DNA of 16,531 nucleotides from a virus: UHGV virus genome UHGV-1602447; one strand, 5' to 3'. Shown piece by piece: positions 7,183 to 12,964 of this stretch (position 1 is its first letter; each line of letters starts with the position of its first letter). The notes under the pieces were generated by a model. It saw only the letters and a program-made list of their open reading frames with translations, ran no database searches and was not told where the DNA came from. The position numbers and the translations under genes were made by a program.

Positions 7183-8062
7183 CGTGTTCACCCTCACGAA
7201 CTTTCAGGTAGGTATTGTCGTTAAGCAGGAAATCAAATCCCTTTTTGTGCCAGACGGTTCCGCGTTGATGGTTTGGGCGTTCTTCGAACATCCATCGGCA
7301 ATTTTCGCCTACGTAGCTCAAATAATTTCTCCAGTCCTGCATCGTGAACCCATGCCCGTCAAGCTGGCGGGTTATCACTCCGGCTTTGCGCCAGAACGTT
7401 CGGATCTGGTTTTTACGCTTGTCATTCAGTGCGCGGATTCTTGGCGCTTCAGGAAGGATTTCGTGGTAAGCATCGACAACATCCTGACAGCTGACGGAAG
7501 GTTTTTTCTTGTCAGACTTTTTGTCTGCTGTAGCACTCTCTAATACGTCAGTATTAGAGATATTATTTATATTATTGTTTATGGACAACTGTTGGACAAC
7601 CGTTGGACAATCTCCGCTGAGAGCCGCGCCATTACTGGTGTTTGCGTTGGACAACCGTTGGACAATCGTTGGACAATTTTTTGACTGAAAATCGTCATAT
7701 TTAACGATTGTAAACAGGCTAAATTTCTTCCCCATCGCGCAAATATTAAGCATCCCTTTCGACTCAAAAGTCCGTAATAAGCTCCGAACTTTGTTGTCTG
7801 GGATGAATGTTTCTCTGACCAGCGACGGGCGTCCAGTTATCATCTGACCGCGATCAACAGTTATCGGACCGATATCCGTATTGACGACAGTAGATTCGTG
7901 ATTAGCCTTGAGGATTAAGTGAAGCCAAAGATGTACTGCCTGAGAGTCCTTGTAGAGCCTGCTGTCCATAAACTGGCGGTGTATAGAGACATACCCCATA
8001 CTGGATGCCTCCTGATGTTGTACAGGGTTATGCCTGTAATCAGCTAACTTAACGACGCCCAT
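7172..8062 (-). CDS. replication initiation protein (O-like replisome organiser) containing the origin iterons
   Basis: ORF track 296 aa. N-terminal winged-helix-like region, low-complexity Asn-rich linker encoded by the iteron segment, conserved C-terminal domain. Positionally equivalent to lambda O / P22 gene 18. Start could alternatively be the internal MGYVSIHRQF. Confidence 0.7.
   Translation of the reverse strand: MGVVKLADYRHNPVQHQEASSMGYVSIHRQFMDSRLYKDSQAVHLWLHLILKANHESTVVNTDIGPITVDRGQMITGRPSLVRETFIPDNKVRSLLRTFESKGMLNICAMGKKFSLFTIVKYDDFQSKNCPTIVQRLSNANTSNGAALSGDCPTVVQQLSINNNINNISNTDVLESATADKKSDKKKPSVSCQDVVDAYHEILPEAPRIRALNDKRKNQIRTFWRKAGVITRQLDGHGFTMQDWRNYLSYVGENCRWMFEERPNHQRGTVWHKKGFDFLLNDNTYLKVREGEHDDR
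7582..7676. repeat. origin of replication iterons: six copies of GTTGGACAA in two triplets with 11-bp spacing
   Basis: TGGACAA at 7582, 7593, 7604 and at 7648, 7659, 7670; triplets separated by a 37-bp GC-rich spacer. Flanked by AT-rich DNA (7538-7581 and 7677-7730) and a perfect palindrome CTCTAATAC-gtca-GTATTAGAG (7537-7558). Confidence 0.7.
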
Positions 8063-8210
8063 GTTTCACTCCTGCTTTGGCTAGTCTGTAAATACCAACA
8101 AGGCGCTCTGCGAACGCCCTGTTATTTGCTGCGGCTACCACTAATCCCTCAGGTGAATCAGGGTGTCGAATCTCTTCTTTTTCCTGGTATTTCTTACGAC
8201 GTTTTGTCAT
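8049..8210 (-). CDS. small basic hypothetical protein (53 aa) between cII and the O-like gene
   Basis: Hand translation from ATG 8210: MTKRRKKYQEKEEIRHPDSPEGLVVAAANNRAFAERLVGIYRLAKAGVKHGRR. RBS ACAGGAG 5 nt upstream; stop overlaps the O-like start by 14 nt. No homolog recognised. Confidence 0.35.
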   Translation of the reverse strand: MTKRRKKYQEKEEIRHPDSPEGLVVAAANNRAFAERLVGIYRLAKAGVKHGRR

Positions 8211-8242
8211 AATGACTCCTGTGGATTGATCCAGTAATGACC

Positions 8243-8539
8243 TCAGAATTCCATCTGGATTTGTTCAGAACGCTCGGTTGCCGCCGGGCGTTTTTTATTG
8301 GTGAGTCCATCAAGCGCATACTTAAAAGCCCTGCTAATCGGACTGATGTCTGATGCCATTCCGAAAGCACACAGGACCGAAGCAATAAACCGCCAGTCCG
8401 TTCTGCTTATCTTCGATTCATGACAGCCAATCATCTTTGCCAGACCGCGCTGGGTAATAGTTGACAGATTGATAAGTAAATCTGTTTCTGCGCGATCAAC
8501 GTCACGCTGTGATAGTTTGCTGTAACTTGTTCTTTCCAT
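8243..8539 (-). CDS. cII: CII-like transcriptional activator (lysogeny establishment)
   Basis: ORF track 98 aa. C-terminus ...LTNKKRPAATERSEQIQMEF equals the lambda CII C-terminus from memory; N-terminal HTH part is divergent. Follows cro and nutR. Confidence 0.8.
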   Translation of the reverse strand: MERTSYSKLSQRDVDRAETDLLINLSTITQRGLAKMIGCHESKISRTDWRFIASVLCAFGMASDISPISRAFKYALDGLTNKKRPAATERSEQIQMEF

Positions 8540-8624
8540 TTCTTAAGATTTCCAATAGTGAATAGTTAGTTGAAAGGTATGCGTGGAAACGCATATGGCC
8601 TTAGTTGGTCAGATATTCTGGGAT

Positions 8625-8670
8625 TCGCTTTTCAGCGACGTAGGACGAATGTCCGTTGTTACAAAGAGCG
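8625..8670 (-). promoter_or_regulatory. nutR: boxA (CGCTCTTTGTAACAA) plus two hairpins, the second UCGCU-GAAA-AGCGA (boxB-like)
   Basis: Minus strand directly after the cro stop. boxA = RC of 8656-8670; hairpin GGAC-attc-GTCC; boxB-like hairpin = RC of 8625-8638. Same architecture recurs downstream of pL. Confidence 0.55.
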
Positions 8671-8677
8671 GGGTTAC

Positions 8678-8911
8678 TTATGCTGCTGATGCTCTACGCG
8701 ATACGAACACCAGATTTTCCTTTTTCACAGGTTTATAACCCGTGAAATTACGAGTGGCTTCTTCGATTGCATTCGCTTTATCTGGGGAAGCTCTTCGAAA
8801 CCCATATGCAATCTGATCAAGATAGCCAACTGAAGTATTCGCTAATGCGGCGAGTCGCTTCCATTCCTCACTAGAAGCCTCTTTTCGCCAGCGTAGTAGT
8901 TCATTACTCAT
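8678..8911 (-). CDS. cro: Cro-like repressor (small HTH protein transcribed divergently from cI)
   Basis: ORF track 77 aa, RBS GGAGG upstream. Position and orientation opposite cI across the operator region; followed by nutR and cII. Sequence is not lambda Cro. Confidence 0.7.
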   Translation of the reverse strand: MSNELLRWRKEASSEEWKRLAALANTSVGYLDQIAYGFRRASPDKANAIEEATRNFTGYKPVKKENLVFVSRRASAA

Positions 8912-8938
8912 TAGTGCCTCCGTTTATCACACAGAGCA

Positions 8939-8967
8939 ACTTTACCATTTTGATAAATAAACTGCAA
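8939..8967 (-). promoter_or_regulatory. candidate pR: TTGCAG-17 bp-TAAAGT
   Basis: -35 = RC of 8962-8967, -10 = RC of 8939-8944, exact 17-bp spacer. -10 overlaps the operator at 8941-8957. The same hexamer pair occurs at candidate pL. Confidence 0.5.
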
Positions 8968-9006
8968 TGGAGATTTATCAAAATGCGTATTTATCCATTT
9001 GCTAAA
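8941..9006. promoter_or_regulatory. OR operator region: 17-bp sites TTTACCatttTGATAAA (8941-8957) and TTTATCcatttGCTAAA (8990-9006); consensus TTTATC-N5-GATAAA
   Basis: Two near-palindromic 17-mers, each with one half-site mismatch, lie between the divergent cro and cI starts. A perfect copy occurs at OL. A middle site (approx. 8965-8985) is degenerate and could not be assigned. Confidence 0.6.
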
Positions 9007-9024
9007 TAGAGGGAGAATCGTGGG

Positions 9025-9729
9025 ATGGAAAACAAAGATATTCGCAAATCGAATCTGGCGTTTTTGCTAGATGAGCATAAAAAAATCGCGGGTAACACTA
9101 ATGCAAGCTTTGCCGATAAGCTTGGAGTTAGCCCTTCTCAACTCACGCAAGTCTCCGGTGAAAAAAGCACTCGAAACATAGGGGATAAACTAGCAAGAAA
9201 ATTCGAAGCCGCACTTGGGTTACCTAATGGGTGGCTTGATTTGGTACATGATGTAACACCAATTGCATCATGCTCAGATTCTTTAACTTTTGTCGGTCAG
9301 GTAAGAAAAGGGTTAGTGCGCGTGGTTGGTGAGGCAATTCTTGGTGTTGATGGTGCCATCGAGATGACCGAAGAGCGCGATGGGTGGCTCAAGATTTATA
9401 GCGATGATCCAGATGCCTTTGGTCTTCGTGTGAAAGGAGACAGCATGTGGCCCAGAATAAAATCAGGAGAATATGTACTCATTGAGCCTAACACCAAAGT
9501 ATTCCCGGGTGATGAGGTGTTTGTCAGAACCGTTGAAGGACACAACATGATTAAGGTTCTTGGCTATGACAGAGATGGAGAATACCAATTTACAAGCATT
9601 AACCAGGACCACAGGCCTATAACGTTGCCTTATCATCAAGTAGCAAAGGTGGAGTATGTGGCTGGTATTCTGAAGCAATCTCGCCATCTGGATGACATCG
9701 AGGCAAGGGAGTGGCTGAAAAATTCGTGA
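9025..9729 (+). CDS. cI: CI repressor (HTH + LexA-like S24 autopeptidase domain)
   Basis: ORF track 234 aa. N-terminal HTH; C-terminal S24 motifs (GDSMWP nucleophile Ser, downstream Lys, Ala-Gly-type cleavage region). Divergent from cro across operators. Confidence 0.9.
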   Translation: MENKDIRKSNLAFLLDEHKKIAGNTNASFADKLGVSPSQLTQVSGEKSTRNIGDKLARKFEAALGLPNGWLDLVHDVTPIASCSDSLTFVGQVRKGLVRVVGEAILGVDGAIEMTEERDGWLKIYSDDPDAFGLRVKGDSMWPRIKSGEYVLIEPNTKVFPGDEVFVRTVEGHNMIKVLGYDRDGEYQFTSINQDHRPITLPYHQVAKVEYVAGILKQSRHLDDIEAREWLKNS

Positions 9730-9852
9730 CTTCATCGTCACGTAGCTGGTAACCAGTGGCCTGAAGAGACGTTTGGGTGATTCCAATTGTGATTAATAAA
9801 AAACCGATAGTGCAACATGTTATTGTAAATTGTTGATATAGCAAGGTATCAC

Positions 9853-10755
9853 ATGAGCCAAAATCTTGATTCAACACTAGAAACATACATTTCTTGGCAG
9901 TTAGAGCAATTTAAAAATAACTTTTTCCCAAGCTGCGACGTCATAGCGTACTACGGTGGTATCTTTCCATGGTCAAAAGAAGTTTACCAACCAAAACTTG
10001 AGGCTATTGGGGAGATGGCTAACAGTCGTACCAATAGATTTCTAGTTATTATACTCAATACAAATGGTGGCTCTGTTGAGTCTGTGGAAAAAATGGTAGA
10101 AATTACAAGGCATTTCTATCAAGAGGTATATTTTATCATTCCAGATATGGCCATGTCGGCAGGCACAATATGGTGTATGTCTGGAGATAAAATTTACATG
10201 AACTATGCTTCTTCATTAGGCCCCATTGACCCTCAAGTGCAATCCTCTGACGGTAAATGGGTTCCTGCTTTGGGATACCTTGATAAAGTTGAAGAAATGA
10301 TTACTAAATCCAGAGAAGGAACCATTACCCAAGCTGAACTAATGATGCTTAGTCAGTTAGATCTTGCGCACTTAAGGAGATACGAGCAAGCCAGAGAGCT
10401 ATCAATAGACTTGCTTAAGAAGTGGCTTGTAGAGTATAAATTCAGAGAGTGGACGGTTCATCAAGGTAACACAAAACGAGGAAAGCTAGTTTCCAAGAGG
10501 GAAAAAGAAGCAAGAGCTAAAATGATCGCTACCGCTCTTAGTGACAACGGAAAGTGGCATTCTCACGGAAGAACGATAGGAATAAATACTCTTATCAATG
10601 ACTTAAGAATTAAAGTAGAAGACTTTACATACGACAAAGATTTTAGCATGGCGTTAAAAAATCTGCACAACGTCATTAATGAATACATGTATAAGACAAA
10701 TCGACAGGTTCTTGTTCTGTCTTCATTCCCCTTCTCAGAACAAAGTGAGTCATAA
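9853..10755 (+). CDS. ClpP/S49/SDH-fold serine peptidase-like protein (300 aa), cI-linked moron
   Basis: ORF track 300 aa. NTNGGSVE (approx. res 69-76) and MSAGT (approx. 101-105) are spaced like the oxyanion loop and nucleophile Ser of ClpP-class peptidases; possible His near res 237-239. RBS AAGG; AT-rich segment by hand count. Confidence 0.6.
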   Translation: MSQNLDSTLETYISWQLEQFKNNFFPSCDVIAYYGGIFPWSKEVYQPKLEAIGEMANSRTNRFLVIILNTNGGSVESVEKMVEITRHFYQEVYFIIPDMAMSAGTIWCMSGDKIYMNYASSLGPIDPQVQSSDGKWVPALGYLDKVEEMITKSREGTITQAELMMLSQLDLAHLRRYEQARELSIDLLKKWLVEYKFREWTVHQGNTKRGKLVSKREKEARAKMIATALSDNGKWHSHGRTIGINTLINDLRIKVEDFTYDKDFSMALKNLHNVINEYMYKTNRQVLVLSSFPFSEQSES

Positions 10756-10926
10756 ATGAGCAAAGACAAATCACTGACACAGCAAGTGGCAGAAATACTT
10801 AGCAAGCAAAAAGTTAGCGAGCAAGGTAAAATGATTCAATCATTAAAGAACAAAGGATTGATCAACAAGCCTGTTTTTACTTTGGCTTATGGACCTGATA
10901 CTACAGTCTGCCAAATGCACCAATAA
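10756..10926 (+). CDS. 56-aa hydrophilic hypothetical protein, translationally coupled to the peptidase gene
   Basis: ATG abuts the peptidase stop (TAAATG at 10753-10758). Translation MSKDKSLTQQVAEILSKQKVSEQGKMIQSLKNKGLINKPVFTLAYGPDTTVCQMHQ. Followed 10 nt later by a terminator. Below ORF track cutoff. Confidence 0.45.
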   Translation: MSKDKSLTQQVAEILSKQKVSEQGKMIQSLKNKGLINKPVFTLAYGPDTTVCQMHQ

Positions 10927-10936
10927 CAAAACCCCA

Positions 10937-10962
10937 CCCGGCCACCGCGCCGGGTTTTCTTT
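10937..10962 (+). terminator. intrinsic terminator ending the cI-moron transcription unit (tIMM-like)
   Basis: CCCGGC-caccgc-GCCGGG hairpin (10937-10954) followed by TTTTCTTT (10955-10962). Confidence 0.7.
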
Positions 10963-11158
10963 GCCTCACGATCCCCACACCTAATAACACCATAACCAAT
11001 TGTATTTGTTGAAAAATAAACAGATACAACTAACTAAAACGCGCAATTCTGATCCCCCTCAAGTCTCTTTATTCCTTCTGATAAATTCCTGCAATCAAAT
11101 AAAAAACCATAATAATCAACAGGATATTTGAAAACCAAAACAATTTATCATTTTGCTA

Positions 11159-11187
11159 TTGCCATTAATTTATCATTTCGATAAAGT
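11159..11187 (+). promoter_or_regulatory. candidate pL: TTGCCA-17 bp-TAAAGT
   Basis: -35 at 11159-11164, -10 at 11182-11187, 17-bp spacer. -10 overlaps the perfect operator at 11169-11185. About 45 nt upstream of nutL boxA; directs transcription toward N. Confidence 0.5.
11169..11185. promoter_or_regulatory. OL operator TTTATCatttcGATAAA (perfect 17-bp palindrome)
   Basis: Perfect inverted half-sites matching the OR sites. A weaker second site at 11144-11160 (TTTATCattttGCTATT). Confidence 0.6.
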
Positions 11188-11233
11188 TAACTCATCAGCA
11201 GGACGCTGTAAGCCAAACGGAACAGACTGGCAG

Positions 11234-11279
11234 GCTCTTTAAACAACGTCGAACACTCGACTACGTGGCTGAAAAGCCA
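11234..11279 (+). promoter_or_regulatory. nutL: boxA (GCTCTTTAAACAA) plus two hairpins, the second UGGCU-GAAA-AGCCA (boxB-like)
   Basis: boxA 11234-11246; hairpin GTCGA-acac-TCGAC 11248-11261; boxB-like hairpin 11266-11279. Same arrangement as nutR; lies between pL and N. Confidence 0.55.
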
Positions 11280-11377
11280 GATCACCCAACCACATAAGCT
11301 GTGGGATGCAATGCCGAAGCAACCGTCTCAGGAGGGGCTTCGAGATTGCATCGCCAAAGTTTATTCGGGAGGAATCT

Positions 11378-11650
11378 ATGTCCAGAAAAACAGAATTTAA
11401 AGGAACCGCAGCTTCTCGCCGTAGAGCTCGTCGTGCAAATCTGCAAAGTCAGGAGGCGATCAGCTCTGACAAACTACACAGGCCAACCCCTTCACGAGTG
11501 GTCTTACAATGCAAACGCAAACCAGTAATGAGAGCAGAAGTAATAACACTGACAACGTTGACCAGAAAATATGAAGGCTCAACTTGTCTTCCAAATGTAG
11601 CCATTTACGCGGCAGGCTACAGGAAATCCAAACAGCTGACAGCAAGATGA
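11378..11650 (+). CDS. N: N antiterminator (Arg-rich motif at N-terminus; P22 gp24-like C-terminus)
   Basis: ORF track frame 11306-11650. Chosen start MSRKTEFKGTAASRRRARRANLQ... (RBS GGGAGG) gives about 90 aa with an ARM near the N-terminus. C-terminus ...LPNVAIYAAGYRKSKQLTAR resembles P22 N from memory. Confidence 0.75.
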   Translation: MSRKTEFKGTAASRRRARRANLQSQEAISSDKLHRPTPSRVVLQCKRKPVMRAEVITLTTLTRKYEGSTCLPNVAIYAAGYRKSKQLTAR

Positions 11651-11708
11651 CTTGTGTTGGTCGCCAGAAAATGAAATTAGGCAGCAAACCACTTATTTGA
11701 GGTGAGAT

Positions 11709-11795
11709 ATGGAAGAAGAATTTGAAGAGTTCGAAGAGCATCCTCAGGATGTGATGGAACAATACCAGGACTATCCGTATGACTGCGACTATTGA
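11709..11795 (+). CDS. 28-aa acidic micro-ORF with strong RBS (uncertain gene)
   Basis: GAGGTGAGAT-ATG; translation MEEEFEEFEEHPQDVMEQYQDYPYDCDY. Overlaps the start of the ral remnant. Too short to assert function. Confidence 0.25.
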   Translation: MEEEFEEFEEHPQDVMEQYQDYPYDCDY

Positions 11796-11876
11796 TAAGA
11801 ATCAATGGTGTGGGCAATACGAACGACGGCAATGATTGCCAGAGAACTTGGTAAACAGAACAACAAAGCTGCCTGA
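11779..11876 (+). pseudogene. ral: ral (restriction alleviation) remnant with about 100-nt internal deletion and frameshift
   Basis: Frame 1: MTATIDKNQWCGQ then YERRQ-stop. A second frame encodes ...IRTTAMIARELGKQNNKAA-stop. Both ends match lambda Ral (MTTTIDKNQWCGQ...AIRTTAMIARELGKQNNKAA) as I recall it; the middle third is missing. Confidence 0.55.
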
Positions 11877-12051
11877 TAGTGGCCTTTATTTTTGGCATAA
11901 ATAACAGAATAAACACTGCACTGTGTATTCATTCCAACGAGTGAATACACGGAGCAATGTCGCTCGTAACTAAACAGGAGCCGACTTGTTCTGATTATTG
12001 GAAATCTTCTTTGCCCTCCAGTGTGAGGGCGATTTTTTTGACGGAGGAAAT

Positions 12052-12363
12052 ATGAAATTACGTGTCTGGCATATCCCGCAAGTACCTATGAAACCGTTCA
12101 TTGTAGAAGTGGCAAGTGTTGAAGAGGGTGTTCGCCTGATGGATGCACTGGCTGATTATGACGCCTTTCAGTATGACAACAACATCAAGCCTGACTACTG
12201 CAATGCTAACGGCCTTGAGATGTGGGATGAGAGTCTTACCGATGAAGATTTATCAGAGATGGGGTTTACGGATCGCTGGGTGGATTGGTACAGCGAATGT
12301 CAATGTTACGACGACCCACGTAAATATATCGAAAGCCTGAAAGAAGAAATCTCAGCCGCCTGA
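12052..12363 (+). CDS. hypothetical acidic protein (103 aa)
   Basis: ORF track frame 11998-12363. Chosen start MKLRVWHIPQVPMKPF... with RBS GGAGGAAAT. No family recognised with confidence. Confidence 0.55.
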   Translation: MKLRVWHIPQVPMKPFIVEVASVEEGVRLMDALADYDAFQYDNNIKPDYCNANGLEMWDESLTDEDLSEMGFTDRWVDWYSECQCYDDPRKYIESLKEEISAA

Positions 12364-12438
12364 GCGCGGCTTTACCGCATACCAATAATGCTTCACGAGA
12401 GGCATTTTCGTTATGCAATCAAATATAAGGAGTTACCC

Positions 12439-12573
12439 ATGATGCACTTTCAGCTCGCGGGTAGCGGCGTCATGTCCGCTTTCTACCCGCACGAATCTGA
12501 ATTATCACGCCGAGTTAAACAATTAATCAGAGCAGCAAAGAAACAACTGGAGGCGTTATGCGCAATGAAATAG
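12439..12573 (+). CDS. cIII: CIII-like small protein (candidate FtsH inhibitor)
   Basis: ORF track frame 12388-12573. Chosen start MMHFQLAGSGVMSAFYPHESELSRRVKQLIRAAKKQL (RBS TAAGGAG) resembles lambda CIII (MQYAIAGWPVAGCPSESLLERITRKLRDGW...) in its N-terminal amphipathic region. Overlaps kil-like ORF as cIII/kil do in lambda. Confidence 0.5.
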   Translation: MMHFQLAGSGVMSAFYPHESELSRRVKQLIRAAKKQLEALCAMK

Positions 12574-12710
12574 TCATTAATCACCAGATGCTTCGTGCAG
12601 CACAAAACAAAGCAGTAATAGCCAGATTTATTGGTGATTCAAAAATGTGGCTTGAAGCAAATAAAGCGATGAAATCAGCTATCAACCTTCCGTGGTATCG
12701 CAGGAAATGA
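12558..12710 (+). CDS. kil: Kil-like small protein (candidate FtsZ-targeting host-killing function)
   Basis: Hand translation MRNEIVINHQMLRAAQNKAVIARFIGDSKMWLEANKAMKSAINLPWYRRK (50 aa). Shares the FIGDxKM core with lambda Kil from memory. RBS GGAGG. Confidence 0.5.
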   Translation: MRNEIVINHQMLRAAQNKAVIARFIGDSKMWLEANKAMKSAINLPWYRRK

Positions 12711-12865
12711 GTTTTACAGATAACTGGTCAGACGAAGAATTCATTCGTCAGATGAAAGATTTAATCGGTAACGAAGGAGATATTCATGTCACTTGCAACC
12801 ACAGTGAAGGAGAGCAAGTTACAGAGACGCATGTACACGCAGAAAGCTCTCTGGTATCGCCATAA
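12707..12865 (+). CDS. 52-aa acidic hypothetical ORF, ATGA-coupled to kil-like ORF
   Basis: MSFTDNWSDEEFIRQMKDLIGNEGDIHVTCNHSEGEQVTETHVHAESSLVSP; start overlaps the kil-like stop. No homolog recognised. Confidence 0.3.
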   Translation: MSFTDNWSDEEFIRQMKDLIGNEGDIHVTCNHSEGEQVTETHVHAESSLVSP

Positions 12866-12964
12866 TGGTGACCGCGAAGGAATGCGGGTATGCCTTAATT
12901 TGTCCCGAGTCGAAGTATTAAACCAGCGTTATTTCCTTGGGCCATGTCCATTCTGAGGTGAATT

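Noticed and set aside
6485-7543. Plus-strand ORFs antisense to the helicase and O-like genes (6485-6748, 6718-6945, 6840-7211, 7184-7543) and minus-strand 7579-7767
   Set aside because: Antisense or off-frame within two strongly supported replication genes.
7582-7676. Regular short direct repeats that could be mistaken for a CRISPR array
   Set aside because: Repeat unit is only about 9 bp with 11-bp phasing, there are no unique spacers of CRISPR length, and it lies inside the replication initiator gene. These are origin iterons.
9725-9742. Inverted repeat CGTGAC-ttcatc-GTCACG overlapping the cI stop codon
   Set aside because: No following T-tract, so not an intrinsic terminator; too short and isolated to call as a regulatory site.
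9463-9886. Two minus-strand ORFs (107 aa and 89 aa) antisense to the cI 3' end and the cI-moron spacer
   Set aside because: They lie wholly antisense to a well-supported cI gene, have no RBS and no recognisable protein features. Likely chance ORFs in AT-rich DNA.
11306-11377. Upstream extension of the N ORF (MQCRSNRLRRGFEIASPKFIREES)
   Set aside because: It would cover nutL-adjacent leader sequence and lacks an RBS; the ATG at 11378 has a GGGAGG RBS and places the Arg-rich motif at the N-terminus as in other N proteins.
11861-11895. Possible terminator after the ral remnant (GCC-tgatagt-GGC followed by CTTTATTTTT)
   Set aside because: Stem is only 3 bp; the T-rich run alone is insufficient evidence.
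11460-11916. Minus-strand ORFs (100 aa and 79 aa) antisense to N and the ral region
   Set aside because: Opposite to the pL transcription direction, no RBS, hydrophobic low-complexity translations.
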